Shown piece after piece: positions 13,415-26,397 of a DNA stretch of 64,000 nucleotides. The notes under the pieces were generated by a model. It saw nothing but the letters and a program-made list of their open reading frames with translations, did no database searches and had not been told where the DNA came from. The stretch's first letter is position 1. Each line of letters begins with the position of its first letter. Source of the stretch: Tricharina praecox (taxonomy: Eukaryota); the NCBI RefSeq assembly GCF_024521635.1, contig NW_026250430.1, forward strand, positions 372,001-436,000. The letters run 5' to 3'. The position numbers and the translations under genes were made by a program.

Positions 13415-14393
13415 ATGCAGCTCTCCCTCCGCCTCTCACTCCTGGCCTTGCCGCTCATCCATATGGCCGCCGCTCACCAGAATATGCACCAGATCTGGGT
13501 CAACGGCGTTACCCCCGGCTACGAAAAATGCATTCGTCGGGCGCCCTCCAACAGCCCCGTAACCGACGGTCAGCCATCCTTCCTACCCTTCCCCCTACCC
13601 CTCCCCCTCCTCCTCCTCCTTCTCGCAAGTACAACATACTCACTCCTCGCAGTAACCTCCGCCGCTCTAACCTGCAACGTCAACGGCAACGCGGTTCCAT
13701 TCACAGACGTGGACGTGTGCGCGGCAGCAGCGGGCGACGAGATCGTGGTGCAGTGGGACATCTCGTCGCACCCCAGTCCGATCACGCACTTCCTGTTCGG
13801 GCCCGTGAGCGATGCGAAAACGGCGACGGGCGTGGGGCAGTGGTTCAAGATCGCCGAGACGGAGTAGTTCCCCCCCTCTCTCTTGGATGGGTGTGCGTGG
13901 ATGGCTGATCAGGAGGGGATTGGGACAGCTACGAAAACGGTAAATGGCCCAACGAGGTCATGGCCGCCAACGAGGGAAAACACTCCTTCCGCCTCCCCGC
14001 CAAGCTGCAGAGCGGTGACTACATTGTCCACCCCCCTCGTCCCCCCATCCTCCGTCCCCCCGCTAACCCCCCACAGCTCCGCAGCGAAATGCTTGCGCTC
14101 CACGGCTCGCAGTCTCTAGGCGGCGCACAATTCTACATTGGTAAGGCCCTGGCCACCACAGATCCTACAAATCCTACAACATGGGTATATTAGGTACATA
14201 CTAAGAGCAACCGTATATAGCATGCGCACAACTCAAGATCTCGGGCGCCGCGACGGCCAGCTGCGCGCCAAAGATTTCTCTGCCGGGCGCGTATAAGGCC
14301 GCCGACGCGAATATTTACATCCCCAACTTCTATAACGGGTTCCAGCCCGCTAATTATACTGCTCCTGGCGGGCCGGTGGCGACGTGTACGTAG
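13415..14393 (+). CDS. AA9 (GH61) lytic polysaccharide monooxygenase, catalytic domain only, 5 exons
   Basis: The signal peptide ends just before His1 (AAA-HQNMHQIW). Further motifs: SNSPVTD, second His in SSHPSP, WFKIAE, LRSEMLALH..GAQFYIGCAQLKI, and C-terminal PGAY..YTAPGGPV. Confidence 0.93.
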
Positions 14394-15448
14394 TTGGAAA
14401 GTTGGAAAGTTGGAAACGGGGGGGTGGAGGGGGGCGGGGAAGATGCGTGGGGAAGGGGAAGCGAGTGAGAGGCTGTGGATGGGGTTGGGGATGGGGATGT
14501 TGGGTGGGGAGGAATGTATGGCGACTATAAGTACTAGATTTAAGCACTTCAACGGCAGTTGCTACGAGTCCATCACTTTTTGAGAGTACCTAGTGTTGCA
14601 ACAAAAAAATGCTCAAAACCCCGTGTCCCCTCACAAGTCAATCCCTACCGCCCACCGCCCACCGGCAGTCACGCAGAGAAAAGCCTACATACATGGTAAT
14701 CGCTGTAGCGTAATCGCCATACATAGCGGTTGGAATGAGACGAAGAACGCATGGAGGAAGAGTATCACTAGTGGTAGGTAGTCTATTGCTATGGAAAATC
14801 ATATGTACATCATAAATACCTAGGTAGGTATCGGGTACCATGGGAAAATGCACTGGATACTGGCCACCACTATGCTCTGCTCAAAATATGGGTCGGCTAT
14901 CGTAAGTATCGTGTCGTGTCGTGCCATGTTGCGTACATACGATGTGAATTGATGCGCCACTACCTATCACTCCGGTCTGGGGATATTTCTGAACGAGATC
15001 TAACTGCGCCGCTGCGCCCGGTTTTATGTGTATTCTCATGCTGCGAGTGATGTCTGCTCAGTGCTGCTCATCGAGTCGTGGAATGGTATCTACTATATCT
15101 ACTGTGTTTAGTGACCTTGAATCGCTAATAGAACTGACTATTGAATGGAGTATGAAATTTGAATGGGGCTGGAGAGGTTGCAGGTGTGGCTGAGGATTTT
15201 AGCGCTGTCCGATGTCCATTGTCAGCAGATTTTTTTGATTAGCGAGTATGTACTCTACAGTGCTTGTTACTAATAAAAACTCCGCACGCCGACTCGCCGA
15301 GTGGCCACTGGGCCCTGGCTACGACGTAACTTCCGCCAAAGCCTCACCACGTCCCAAGCTTAATCGACGACGCGACACGACACGGCACGACGCGACACGA
15401 CACGACACGACATTTCCAGTCACCCCCCTCCCCCTCCACCTTGCCACC

Positions 15449-16176
15449 ATGTCGCACCCGCACCCCTACTACCCCCCAACCCTCGTCCTCCCATCCTATG
15501 CCGCACCGGTGTACGCACTCCCCACGCTCCTCGGCATCTTCGCCGGCATCGGCGGCCTCGTCCTCCTGCTGGCATGGCAGCTGATGTCTTACCTGAACCC
15601 GACCCTCACACCGCGGTCGAAGTTGACAGCATCGTGGTTCCTATTCTGCGGGCTTTTGCACATCCACTTCGAAGGGTACTTCGTCAAGTACCGGCGCACG
15701 CTCGCGGGGCGTAGCGACCTCGTCGCCGAGCTGTGGAAGGAGTATGCGCAGAGCGACTCGAGATATCTCACGCAGGACAGCTTTGTCGTCGGGATTGAGG
15801 CGTTGACTGTAGTACGTGTTTCCGCTACCCGGTACTGGTGGGGTGGTGGCTGCTAACGGAAGGATGGGTGAAGCTGTTCCTCGGCCCCCTGTGCCTGCTA
15901 ACGTTCCTCGCGATCGTCCGCGACAGTCCCGTGCGGCACCCGGCGCGCCTGCTCGCCTGCTGCTGCCATATATATGGCGTCGCGCTGTACTTTGTGACGG
16001 AGACGGTGCAGGGGAACAAGCATTGCCGGCCCGAGGCGCTGTATTTCTGGGGGTACTATGTCGGCTGTAATCTTCCGTGGTTGCTGGTGCCCGGGGTCCT
16101 CGCGTGGAGGTCGTTCAGGGCTATGTCGGAGGCTGTCGAGGCGAAGGAGAAGGGTGCGGCGAGGAAGTTTAAGTAA
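15449..16176 (+). CDS. Emopamil-binding-protein (EBP/EXPERA) family, sterol delta8-delta7 isomerase-like
   Basis: HPYYP N-terminus, WF..CG.LH..FEGYF, LWKEYA.SDSRYL, E.LYFWGYYV..N.PW..VP; intron 15812-15873. Confidence 0.92.
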
Positions 16177-19100
16177 GTAGAGCCTGTGGAGGGATGGGGC
16201 TACGGGGGAGGGGGAAGTGCTGATAATGGTAATAGGTTGCGGTGAGCGTGGGATGCACTTCCCGATACCTCTATGAAAGCTTCGAGCTGGTCGCTGTCAG
16301 CCACGCTGGGAGTCTGGTTTCAATCTGTCTACATACTTCTTTGCTTCTCCCTCCGCATTGCGGGTCGAGAGAACTGGGCGGGAGGTTCTTGTCGCATCGT
16401 CACAGTAGGTATGATAGTAGATAAACAATCGATAAGGGTGAACTTGCAATGAATTCGACTACTTAAAACCTCCTCTCCACTGCCTCTGTCCCCCCCCCCC
16501 CTAAAAAAGACCAAAACGAGAAAAACATCAAATCAAAACCAAAGCCAAACTAAAAAGCAGAAAATAGACGGGCACACTCGTTCGTCGCACGAAATCCAAT
16601 CCAACAACATCGCCCCCCCAAAACAGAAGTAGAGATAGTACTAAAGGAAGTGGAAAAGAGACAACCAGATCCGGATTTTTTTTTATGTTTGTTTCGAACC
16701 AATTTTCTGGAGGAGCAGCCGGGAGGGGCCGCTACAACGCCAGAAGATTGCGCCCATTTCCACACTTTTTCGCCGTCGCCAGATTTCGTTTCTCGCAAGT
16801 CATCGCTGGTGGACCTGATTGTTGTCGGAGGAGGTGGTGGTGGGGGAGGGGGAGGGGGAGGAGGGGGAGGGGAGGGGCGGATTGTCGGAGCGGAGGAGGA
16901 AGGTCGTTGGGGGGGTTGGGGTTGTTGGATGGCGATTAACCGAAGTCGGGGGCGTTAAGTGGGCGGGTTCCGATTGACGTTTTGAGCGCCAATCACCGAT
17001 TGTTGCTGGAGCTGTTGAGGGATTGAGCCGCGAATGGCGACTTCGTGTTGAGGATCGGCATGGCCGGCGGCCCGCGGATCTGCACGCTCATGACTGCACC
17101 AAATCGGTTGTCCTCGTCCGCCCGTCCCGAAAGCCTCGTACATCCGTATGTCGATCATGTTTTGGTCGACCAGTGGTGGTGGTGGTGATTGTGGTTGCAC
17201 TGGGAGAATGTGGTTGTGGTGGTGGTTGTGCTGGAGGGTTGCGGTGAGGCAGGTGTGTGGTTGATGTGATGGTGTTCGTAATTCGGTGCGGAGAATGGCC
17301 GGCTTATATGCAGAACCCGTCAACAGTGAAATCGTTTACGTATGGGGGGCCTGATGAGGCTGTGAACTCAACTGCGTGCAACCAATACTGCGCCTCACGC
17401 TTGTGTGGGATCGACACGGGGCTATTTTGTCACACACACACACACGCACACACGCCGTGGGGCGCGGTGCAGGCATTAGTCGGTCCGTTAGTGCTGAACG
17501 AGAGACGAGTTTAGAGCACCATGGTATCCGTTTCTTTTCAGCCGCGTAGCGAGCTGCTGCGGATTGTCCACATCGATAGGTACCGTTGGTGCATAGGAGC
17601 CGATTTCGGACAGATGCTCGGAAGGCTTGTTTGTGTTGTGTGTGTGTGTGAGTATGTCGCTACCAGCCGTGAACCAAAAGGTAGCGAGCGTGGCTGAAGC
17701 TGTAGGAAGGCTTCTAGCGGGCTCACGCCGTTGTTATTGTTCTTGTCCTTGTTACGTATGTGCGTAGTAGAGGCACACGCGGCGACCGCCGACGATATGG
17801 ATACTTGACGGCGTCACTTTCATCGGCTTCACCGCCGGCGTCGAGACCGAGCCGCCGCGATCTATTTTCCACCCATGGCTACCGAGGGCGAGGAAAGGGA
17901 TCTGGAGACTGGATTCTGGATTCTGGAGCACAAATGCCGTTTCACCGCTAACGATGCTGCAGACTGCAAACTCGTATTTTGGACTCATATGGGTAGGTGG
18001 TACGGGTTACTCCGATCCAAACGGCTTCTTCTCCCTCCAAGATAAGCAGGTAGTCAGTTAACCAGTGATGACGACAGGACATCAACTGCAGTCGTAGGCT
18101 GTAGCCAACTGGCTCCCTTATACAAAGACCTGAAAAAGCTGTTCGCAGTCGCGGTTGCGGGCGGGCGGGTAGGCAGGCAGCGGACATTCGCACCGAAGTT
18201 CGCAACGTCTGCAGTCGGGGAGGGGAACATGCGGAGTCGGTCGCACGGGGGGCTGAGTCACCTGAGGTACATACTGCAAAACTAGTATGTAGAGTGTCGT
18301 GCATACCACTAGTTAATCCTGTTGGCGGGTAGGTTGTGGTGACATGTCAGCTGCGACCATCATCACTGAGCTCGGTGTGCGCACAGTGTGCGCCCGCCAT
18401 CCTCCCCGCCGACGAATCATAGGTAACAGAGTATCTGGCCTCTTTCCCAGATTCCTGGTTACATAATCAACGACTCACCGGGCCCCCGACCTGACCGCTT
18501 TTACGCTCGCTCTTCACGCTAGGTTCGCGGGCAGATCTCGAGGCGTTTTGATCGCCGCGGAGAATCGCCTCGAACCATCGGTCGAACCAGAACCCGAGCC
18601 TTTCGGCTCGAGCCTGGAGCCTGGAGGTGTGAGGTAGTCAGGTAGGTATGCCGACAGGTAACGGCGGTGTGTTGAACGAGGCTGAACATACGCGGTATAC
18701 GTAACTCGGGGACCGCCACATATTTTTCTCGATTGAACGGTCATCCTTAGGTACGAGGTATGTAGGTAGCTAACAGGTAAGTTGGCCTTATCTGACGTGC
18801 GTTCAGCTGGGCTGATCTTGCAATTGTTCTCAAGGCACCCTCGCAAACTCGCAGACTCGCAATGTTCACGGAGTTCCGGTGCACTCCTAGCTCCAGGTAC
18901 TACCGGTACATATAAGGCGCGTAGGAGGTGTGTAGGAATGTATCCCCACCCTCAACTAATATGCATAATTACACCGGATACCGTAGACTGGTATCTCCCG
19001 TTGGAGTCTGCGATACCAGTAACCTGTCGCTCTTGTGACATAGTTTTCTGTGCTCTACCACGGTACCACCTACCTACCTGAGCAGATTCTCGTAGGTTCT

Positions 19101-19313
19101 AGTACTGCCATTTCACTACAAGTTGATGGCTGGCTTCTATGACTGTAAGTGGGGCCTCTCGGGGTTTGCCGTGGAGTTCGGCGGCCTGGAAGACGCCGAT
19201 GAGTATAGTACTGCATGTTGCTGAATGAGCATTTATAGACCACCGTGTACCTACCTCGAAAGGTCGGAACTTGGAACTTGGAATCAAGGGCCCGATTGGA
19301 GGTGATCCTCTGA

Positions 19314-19670
19314 GATGACCACAGCTCCCAGGTCGCTGACATAGCTCTTAGATGGATGAATGAGCCTAAGAAGGCGCCATTCAGTGTTGCCCTCGAGAAT
19401 CCGTTTCAATCGTCATCGGCGCGGTTTCGGTACCTATGGGATGGCCTCAGCTCGCGGGTCGCTGGTACAGTGCTCAGATGGATGAATGAGCCTAGACAGG
19501 CGCCATTCAGTGTCGCCCTCCAGAATGTGTCTTGTCACCGATGCGGTTCCGGAACCTATGGGGTGACCACAGCGCCCAGATGGACGAATGAGCCTAAGCA
19601 GACGCCATTCAGTGTTACCCTCAATAATCCGTTTCAATTGTCATCGACGCGGTTCCAACTTCCGGTACCC
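19314..19670. repeat. Three diverged tandem units (126 and 102 bp spacing)
   Basis: agatgga(t/c)gaatgagccta..gccattcagtgt..ccctc recurs at ~19349, ~19476 and ~19578. Confidence 0.85.
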
Positions 19671-20801
19671 CAACGGAGTGATATACACTCGTTCGAGAAA
19701 GTTGGAGTACTGCCGTGTCCGAAGCTTAAGACGCCGATACAATACACATGTACTGATCCACCTATGATACTGCCCTCGGCAACATAGGTATTTTCGGGTG
19801 TCGCCGTTTTTAGCGAGTGACCCCTCGTGCGTGACACCGTTTTCGACTCGACTCGTGTGTTTGCTCGTGCTGCACAATCTGCACAAACTGCACAATCAGC
19901 CCTGATGCCGACTGGACATCTAAGATGCGGGAGGCGCAGGTACAGATATCCCTGCTGACGGTCGAAGAAAGTGCAGTCTAATTGTGGGTACTGGGCTTCC
20001 ACAGAAGCACCGATGGTGGCAGCCTGCGGGAGAACCGCGCAGATCGAGGCGCTGGGTACAATCGCGAGCAATGTCATTACCAGAGGACCCCGTCCATTGG
20101 AAGACTGGAGAGTCCGCAATTCATATTCTTTAGCGCTGCGTCGTGGTTAGGTGCTGCAAAGTGGAACCGGATCGCAAGTTGGCATGGCATCGAGAAGCAA
20201 TTAGCGTCGCTGCTGCCCTGATCCAAGATGTTCTCTGGTCATGCTGTTCTCTGGCCATGCTGCTTTCGTGCGGTGTTTGTACGTTGCATTTATGTTCCAA
20301 GGCTAGCTTTATGGCTCACTGTTTGCATATTTGTTCCAAGCGCACCCCGGCTTGCCCTTGTGTCTCTGTCGGTGTCACTCCCCTGGCTGTGGTCGTCCTT
20401 ACCTTACCTTAGGGACAGACAACGGACAAGGCTGATCTTGTCGGTGTGGGAATGTCGAGAGGGAACACAAGTTGCATGCTACCGCACCCAAATACCATCG
20501 GTGACGTAAGTGCTCTCCGAGCTGGTCGTGACATGATCGATCATTCGATCTCGATCACCGAATCAACCTGTCAAACTTCGTGCGGCTCAGGGCTTCATCG
20601 ATGTTCCTTGGGTCTCGATGGATGTGAACGCTAGCGTCCCATTCCATCGATTCCAACGTTATGATTCTGCCTCGATAAAACCCGCCGACACCCCTCTTCC
20701 CTCCTTTCCTTCCACATCCTACGAACCTCCGTGAATTTCCACGACCATAACTCTCTACCCCACCCTACCACACAATCACCATCACCTCCGCAAGCTCCGC
20801 A

Positions 20802-21590
20802 ATGCTCACTTTCAAGATGCTTCTGGCCTTCTGTGCCATGGCCGTCACCTCCGTCATGGCGACCACTTCGACCACCACCACGAAGAGCGTTTCATTCATG
20901 AACCCTCACGCCTGCTTCCACGCCAAGAACATGTGCAAGATTGCCTTGACCCACCCGGACTGCTCGGAGAAGTACCAATACTACATGCTCTAGTAAGTTG
21001 GCTCCGTCTTTAATACGAAAAACATCACGGATGTTGAGGCTGATGTTTGTGAAAAAACATAGCTGCATCATCAATTCGGTCGGTTGCGTGGAGGAAGTTC
21101 CTGGAAGCGAACTGAGCCGTTGCTTCACGTCCAAGGTCATGCCCACGGCCAAGGTTACGGTCACGGCCACGGTTACGGCCACCGTGACGATCACGGTCAA
21201 GGCCACAGTCATGGCCACGACCACCGCCACCGCCACGGCGACGCCCAAGCCCAAGCCCGGAGCGCCTGAGCTCAAGCCCAAGCCCACGGCTGCTATCGGA
21301 ATTGCCTCGGCGGCGGATCCCAACTGCGACCGCGGCGGAGAGATCTGCAAGCTTGCGGATACCTTCCCTCTCTGCTCCCCCGAGTAAATCGAGCACATGA
21401 AGAGGTGAGATACCTTCCCATCAACGTATGGCCACATTCGCTAACCGTAGATAGCTGCCTCGACTCGGGTGGCGTGTTGTTCTTGCAGGACCCTCTGGAC
21501 CAGTGCGAGGATGAGAAGGGCCGCGATTGGGCTGCGTCGCGTTGCTGGGTGGATCTTCTTTGTGCGGAAAATTTGCTTCTTGCTTTCTGA
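20802..21590 (+). CDS. Secreted Cys-rich protein: two 6-Cys-type domains separated by a Thr/Pro-rich linker; the second domain is interrupted by TAA at 21385
   Basis: Signal peptide MLTFKMLLAFCAMAVTSVMA; introns 20993-21062 and 21405-21454. The second domain is homologous to the gene at 24264-24593. Confidence 0.7.
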
Positions 21591-21989
21591 TTTTCTTCGG
21601 TCTTAGTTTGGGAAGGGAGATGCACTGCTAGACGAGAAACAAAACTTGTGGTGCACTCAAAGTTGCTGTCTGTTCCATTCACCGTGACCACACGATGGAC
21701 AATTGCGCATGAGTCGTAGAGGCTGGGTTTTTGTCAGCTTCGTAGCTGTACATCGCCAATCACTCCCATGACAGAGAGAAAACATCCATTGATTGTCGCA
21801 TACGGCCTTACTAGACCATCGCGACCACAACCCCGACATTTCCTGCCTGCTCCACGGGGGTAGAGAGAAAGATCTATCGCCGCGGTCCGATGTTGCACCG
21901 CTGCCTACCAAATAGAACAAAAAAATAAAAGACCACGCTCATAGTCCGCATACTCTACAACATAGTACCCTGCTGAGCACCAATCTTGG

Positions 21990-23800
21990 TTTTTCTTTCT
22001 TTGTTTAATCAGTGATTGCTTGCGACCTAAGTAGATCATGGCAATATATGTACACACTCCGTTTCCCCGCCACTGTCCGACCCGACTTTCATCGAGTGGC
22101 ACGATGTGGCTTTCCCTGCCCCGCCGTGGCCTGACCCAGCAATGTATGAGCGCACCAAGGGAATGAGCGCACCAAGGAGATGATACTAGGAAAAACCAAA
22201 TTCCAATTCCTCGACTCGTCCTTGCCTCACCGCAGGTCCTTAGTCGTCGCCGCTTCCTGCCTCTTCCAAAAGGGATGCCATGAAGGAAGGTGTGGGGAAG
22301 AACAGCGGGCCGGAGCCTGGCTCCTCAGCCTCAGCGCCCTGCTCCTCCTCTCGTCTTAGTTCCGCCTCCCTCTTTTCCCGGTCCCTGAGCTCCCACTCGG
22401 AGACCTCACTCTCTGTATCTTCCTCAGCGGTCTCAGGCATCCGGCTGCCCACATCGGTAGTGGAGAGGAATTCGAGAATCACCTTGCTACATCGTTCGTC
22501 TGCGAAGAGGTCCCGGATCTTGAATCGGTCTTTGCCCCTCCTGATGTGCTTCCGGACCTGTGCCCACAGAATTTTCTGCTGGCTTTTCCATTCTGGGCAG
22601 TTTTTTAAGAGATGCTCCCGAGTCTGAGTTTTGAACCGGCACCAGCCGCAGCGGGCGTTTGGTTGGCTTGTCGTCCACTGGAGGTGCTGGCCGGTGAGGC
22701 AGTGCTCTGTCTTGAGCTGGTAAAACCTGGAGGCTAGGCGCTTGGGGGCTGAGACTGGGAGCGCGTCTGGTCTCTGGCCTGACTTCCTACTGAATCTGTA
22801 CTTTCTGTGGGTGATACGAGCGTCGGCCCATTCCTTCGCTTCTTTCCACTTGGTTTCCGTGTTACCCCGCCTCAGGTAGGCAGGCGATGCTGGTGGTGGC
22901 TGGTTGGCGCCATATCGGTACGTGTGGCGAGTGACTTCCACTCCGCGCGCGTTCGGCTCGTCGGCTGCTGGTTTGACCCATTCGTCGGCCTGTTCGTTCC
23001 CAGGGACACCTTTGTGTGCCGGGCACCACCTGATTTCAATGGTGATTCCTAGCTCTCTTCGGCGGATTGTGGCTAGGTACTTTCGTGCCTCGATGGCGTA
23101 CTTCTAACCAGGGCCAGGGTTGTCATGGGCCATCCTTCTGATGGCTGCTTGTGCGTCCGTGTAGATAGTGACTCTGCTAAATGTGTGCTGCCTATCGGCG
23201 GCTACTTACAATGCCCGGGCGATCGCGGCACATTCGGCGTCGTAGGCCTCCTGATGGCGGCCTATATGCACCTTGTGCCCCCTTCTATCCCGTGCCGTGG
23301 CGCTAAGCCACTGCGTAGCCGGCAGCCTTGGAGTTCGTCCTCGATCCATCCGTATATATCGTGAGTCCCGGAGGTTGTGGGCCTGCCGCATGTGCATGGG
23401 CGAGTTTCTCCTCCTCCATGGTGATGGTGCAGTCTAATGCTTCAGCTTCGTCTAGTAGCACTGTTTCTTCTGTCTGCCCAGGGTGCCCTAGGAAGGTCAC
23501 CAGTCGTTGTCCGAGGGGGCTGTCGGCCCCAACTAGTTCTCTCGCTTGGTCACCCTTAGGTAGGCTGCTGAGCCTCAGGGCGAAGCGTCTGTCTCGGTTG
23601 TTGAGCTGTGATGCGGCCGGTCTCAGTCCTGATTCCAGGGAGAGAGCACCTAGGTTGAAGTTTCCTGTGACCGCTCTGGCCTCCGGGTTGATGAGTGTCT
23701 GTAGGTCTTCCCCCATCCCGATCGCCCCTCTGGCTCCTTGTCTGTCTCCTTTCCACCACAGCTCTGATCCGTACATGGCCACTGACTGGGCGCACGCTGA
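21990..23800 (-). mobile_element. 5'-truncated, frameshifted non-LTR retrotransposon (fungal LINE, Tad1-like): post-RT region, RNase H, Cys/His zinc motif, 3' UTR
   Basis: AMYGSELWW; RNase H motifs IYTDGS, EAYDAECAAIARAL, IRWCPAHKGVPGNEQAD; zinc motif CGWC..QTREHLLKNC. In-frame stops and frameshifts are present. Confidence 0.9.
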
Positions 23801-24263
23801 CACTCCCGCAATGAAAAGGATAAAAAATATGACAGTACACGCAAGTGAAATGATATGATCTGCTAACTTGTCGAATCCAATGACCGTCGAACAAAAAGCA
23901 AGAAGCAGGTGTTATGATTGTGGGTGGTATGACGGACAAAACATTGTGTTGGTTTAGTCATGGTACATTCGGTCTGTACAAAACATGGCATACGGACAGA
24001 TGGGGGACATATTCTGGCACAACCTCGGGGGTCTTGTGGCTGAATCGGCTGTGGCCCATGCAGTGGCTTCAATTCCCGATGCGGATCGTTGGGCGTTGGG
24101 TTGGTTGACAGGTAGCACAGTTACGTCACTACGTGAACTTCACATGATCCATCACTATTCTCGGACACGAAGCGCACCAGTGTCCTGACTGCATTCTTCC
24201 CCTTCCCCCCACCTCCACCCCCCCCTCCCTCCACCACCACCGCTTTCCCCTAACCACAACCGA

Positions 24264-24593
24264 TCATTTCTCACAATGCGCCAGCGGGTCAACAAGAAAC
24301 TGAAGACAGTTGGTGAGAACACAGCTAACAAACCACCCTTTAAGTCAGCCACGCACCTTCCTCCCATCCGATTCCCTCCCTTGCCAGACTGGATTTACTC
24401 ACGCTTTCATGCTAGCGATATAGAGGTCCGAACAATCATCCCAGCTCATGGCGATGCTGCAGAGTTGCGATCCCTTCTCGCAGAAGGTTTGCTCAGAGAG
24501 CGGAGTCTCGGTGCACACTGGGTCCTGAGGCCTGGCGGCGGCGACCGAGACGAGGGCGAGAACGGGCAGGAGGACGGCGGAGGAGAGGCGCAT
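24264..24593 (-). CDS. Small secreted Cys-rich protein (83 aa), paralogue of the gene at 20802
   Basis: Signal peptide MRLSSAVLLPVLALVSVAAA and TATAAAA ~55 nt upstream. Removing intron 24325-24402 gives ..FCEKGSQLCSIAMSWDDCSDLYIASMKA|CVLTNCLQFLVDPLAHCEK*. Confidence 0.8.
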
Positions 24594-26397
24594 GTTTGTG
24601 CTGGTTGCTGATGGGAAGTGGATCGGTGGCGGAGGACCGGTGGTTTTATACACTTCTCTTTCTCGAGCCCGGCAAAACGAATCCAATTACTATCGAAGGC
24701 AGCAGCAACCGCTCGCGTGGCACCAGCGTCATACAAGGTACCGTGGTTACTGGTATCTATACGAGGTACATGTCGACGATACGAGATGACGGCTGTTGCA
24801 CACCTGTACGGCTTGTTTGTCTGGCAAAGGCATGTACCGTGCTCGCTGCTCTGAATAGCAATGCACTGCACTGCAGAATCGCAGGCCAGCACCGGGAAAA
24901 TGGGACGCCGGATCACTAAACCGATACTAGGCTGAAGCGGTGTCGGAGGATGAGCCGGTCCGCGCTACCGCTTGGCAGCAACTGGAGCCGAACAATACGA
25001 TCGAGCGGTGGCAGCAACTAACTGGAGCCGAGGAATACGGCGCGCATGGCGTCCCTCGCGCACTGGCCATCACTCGCTCACGTACGCGCAACCGAGGTAT
25101 GTCTGTGTTTTGTCTGTATGACTCTTGGCGCATATATCTGCTCATTAATCAACTACATAGAAGACATCGGGACTTGTATGTAGGGCATCTCCCGCCTCCA
25201 GCATAAGTGCCGGACCCCGTGCACTGCTACTCCACCCACCTCGATCCATCCGATTCCATCCGTCGGCCGCGATTCCACCGAACTGGAGATATATGGACTT
25301 GGTGCTCCCTAAGACTTACTTCTCTTCAAGAATATAATCTTTCCAGAACTCCCATTCCGCAGACCGACGAACGGAACTCTGTGGAATAAAATGCAGCGAT
25401 GGTTGTCTCGGCAAATCACTCATTCACCGGATGCATGCATATCTACAGGCATCTGGCTATCCGTCCCTTCCCGCGAGCTACGAAGCGAGACTGACCACTG
25501 ATCAGGCCAGCAACACCTTAATCACACTACGGTATCACTCGCTGTCTACTCTAACCGAACACTCGGTCGGCTAGGTATCGGTCTAGGACTCTGAGCTTAT
25601 TGCCATGATCTAGATAAGACCGCACGCAATAAATGATGAAACAAAACAAAACTTGAGACTATGAACTTGAAAACAGACCCAGAGGAGTAAGTATAACAAG
25701 CCGGCGGTTGGCAGATCTTCTCGGGAAGGCTGCCGCCACCTATGAGTTTCCCCGGTCATGATCACATTTTATCACAGCTCGGTAGAAATTTGAAAGCAAA
25801 TATGTGATCCTCATTAAAACGCGCTCGTTGCGCCATGTCCATTGCATCGTTAAATAAACATAAAAACGAGAGTAAGATAACCCGTGCGTCCTCTGACTCC
25901 ATCCGCCTTGCCATGCCAATCCCATTCCGTCCCATCCCATCCTGTCCGAGTCCGTCCCAAGCCGTTCCACCATTCCCATTACCACTCCCATTCCCGATCC
26001 CTACATCCAACTCAAGACCCCCCACCACCCAGACATGATTTTCATCGCCAATTTTCCACACCACCACCACCACCACCACCACCACCAGAAGAGCGCACAG
26101 AATTAGGAGTTAAGAAATAAAGTAAAGTAAAGAGCTCACGTGAAGAGGTAGATAGGACTGTTATCTAAAACCAGAGGACCCCAGCGAATGCAATGCCGAA
26201 CCAAGGAAAGAAAAAATGTGTTGGAAAAGAAGAAGAGAAGAGAAGAGAAGAAGAAAAGAGAAGAGAAGAGAAGAGAAGAAGAAGCAGCAAAAGAAGAAGA
26301 AGAAAGAAAAAGAAATGCTCGCTACACCCGTGATCCTATGTTTGCTGGCGGTAACGGCCGGGACCGAAAAGCGTGATGCGTGGCGTCAGTACACCGC

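Noticed and set aside
13760..13790. LPMO second-His motif HPSP instead of the common HxGP
   Set aside because: His1, the second His and the H-x8-Q-x-Y motif are all intact; this is minor variation.
19314..19670. Repeat-spacer-like pattern
   Set aside because: The inter-repeat sequences are homologous to each other, so this is ordinary tandem duplication.
26200..26320. Lys/Glu/Arg-rich ORFs
   Set aside because: They are translations of a purine-rich simple repeat in the 3' UTR of the cupredoxin gene.
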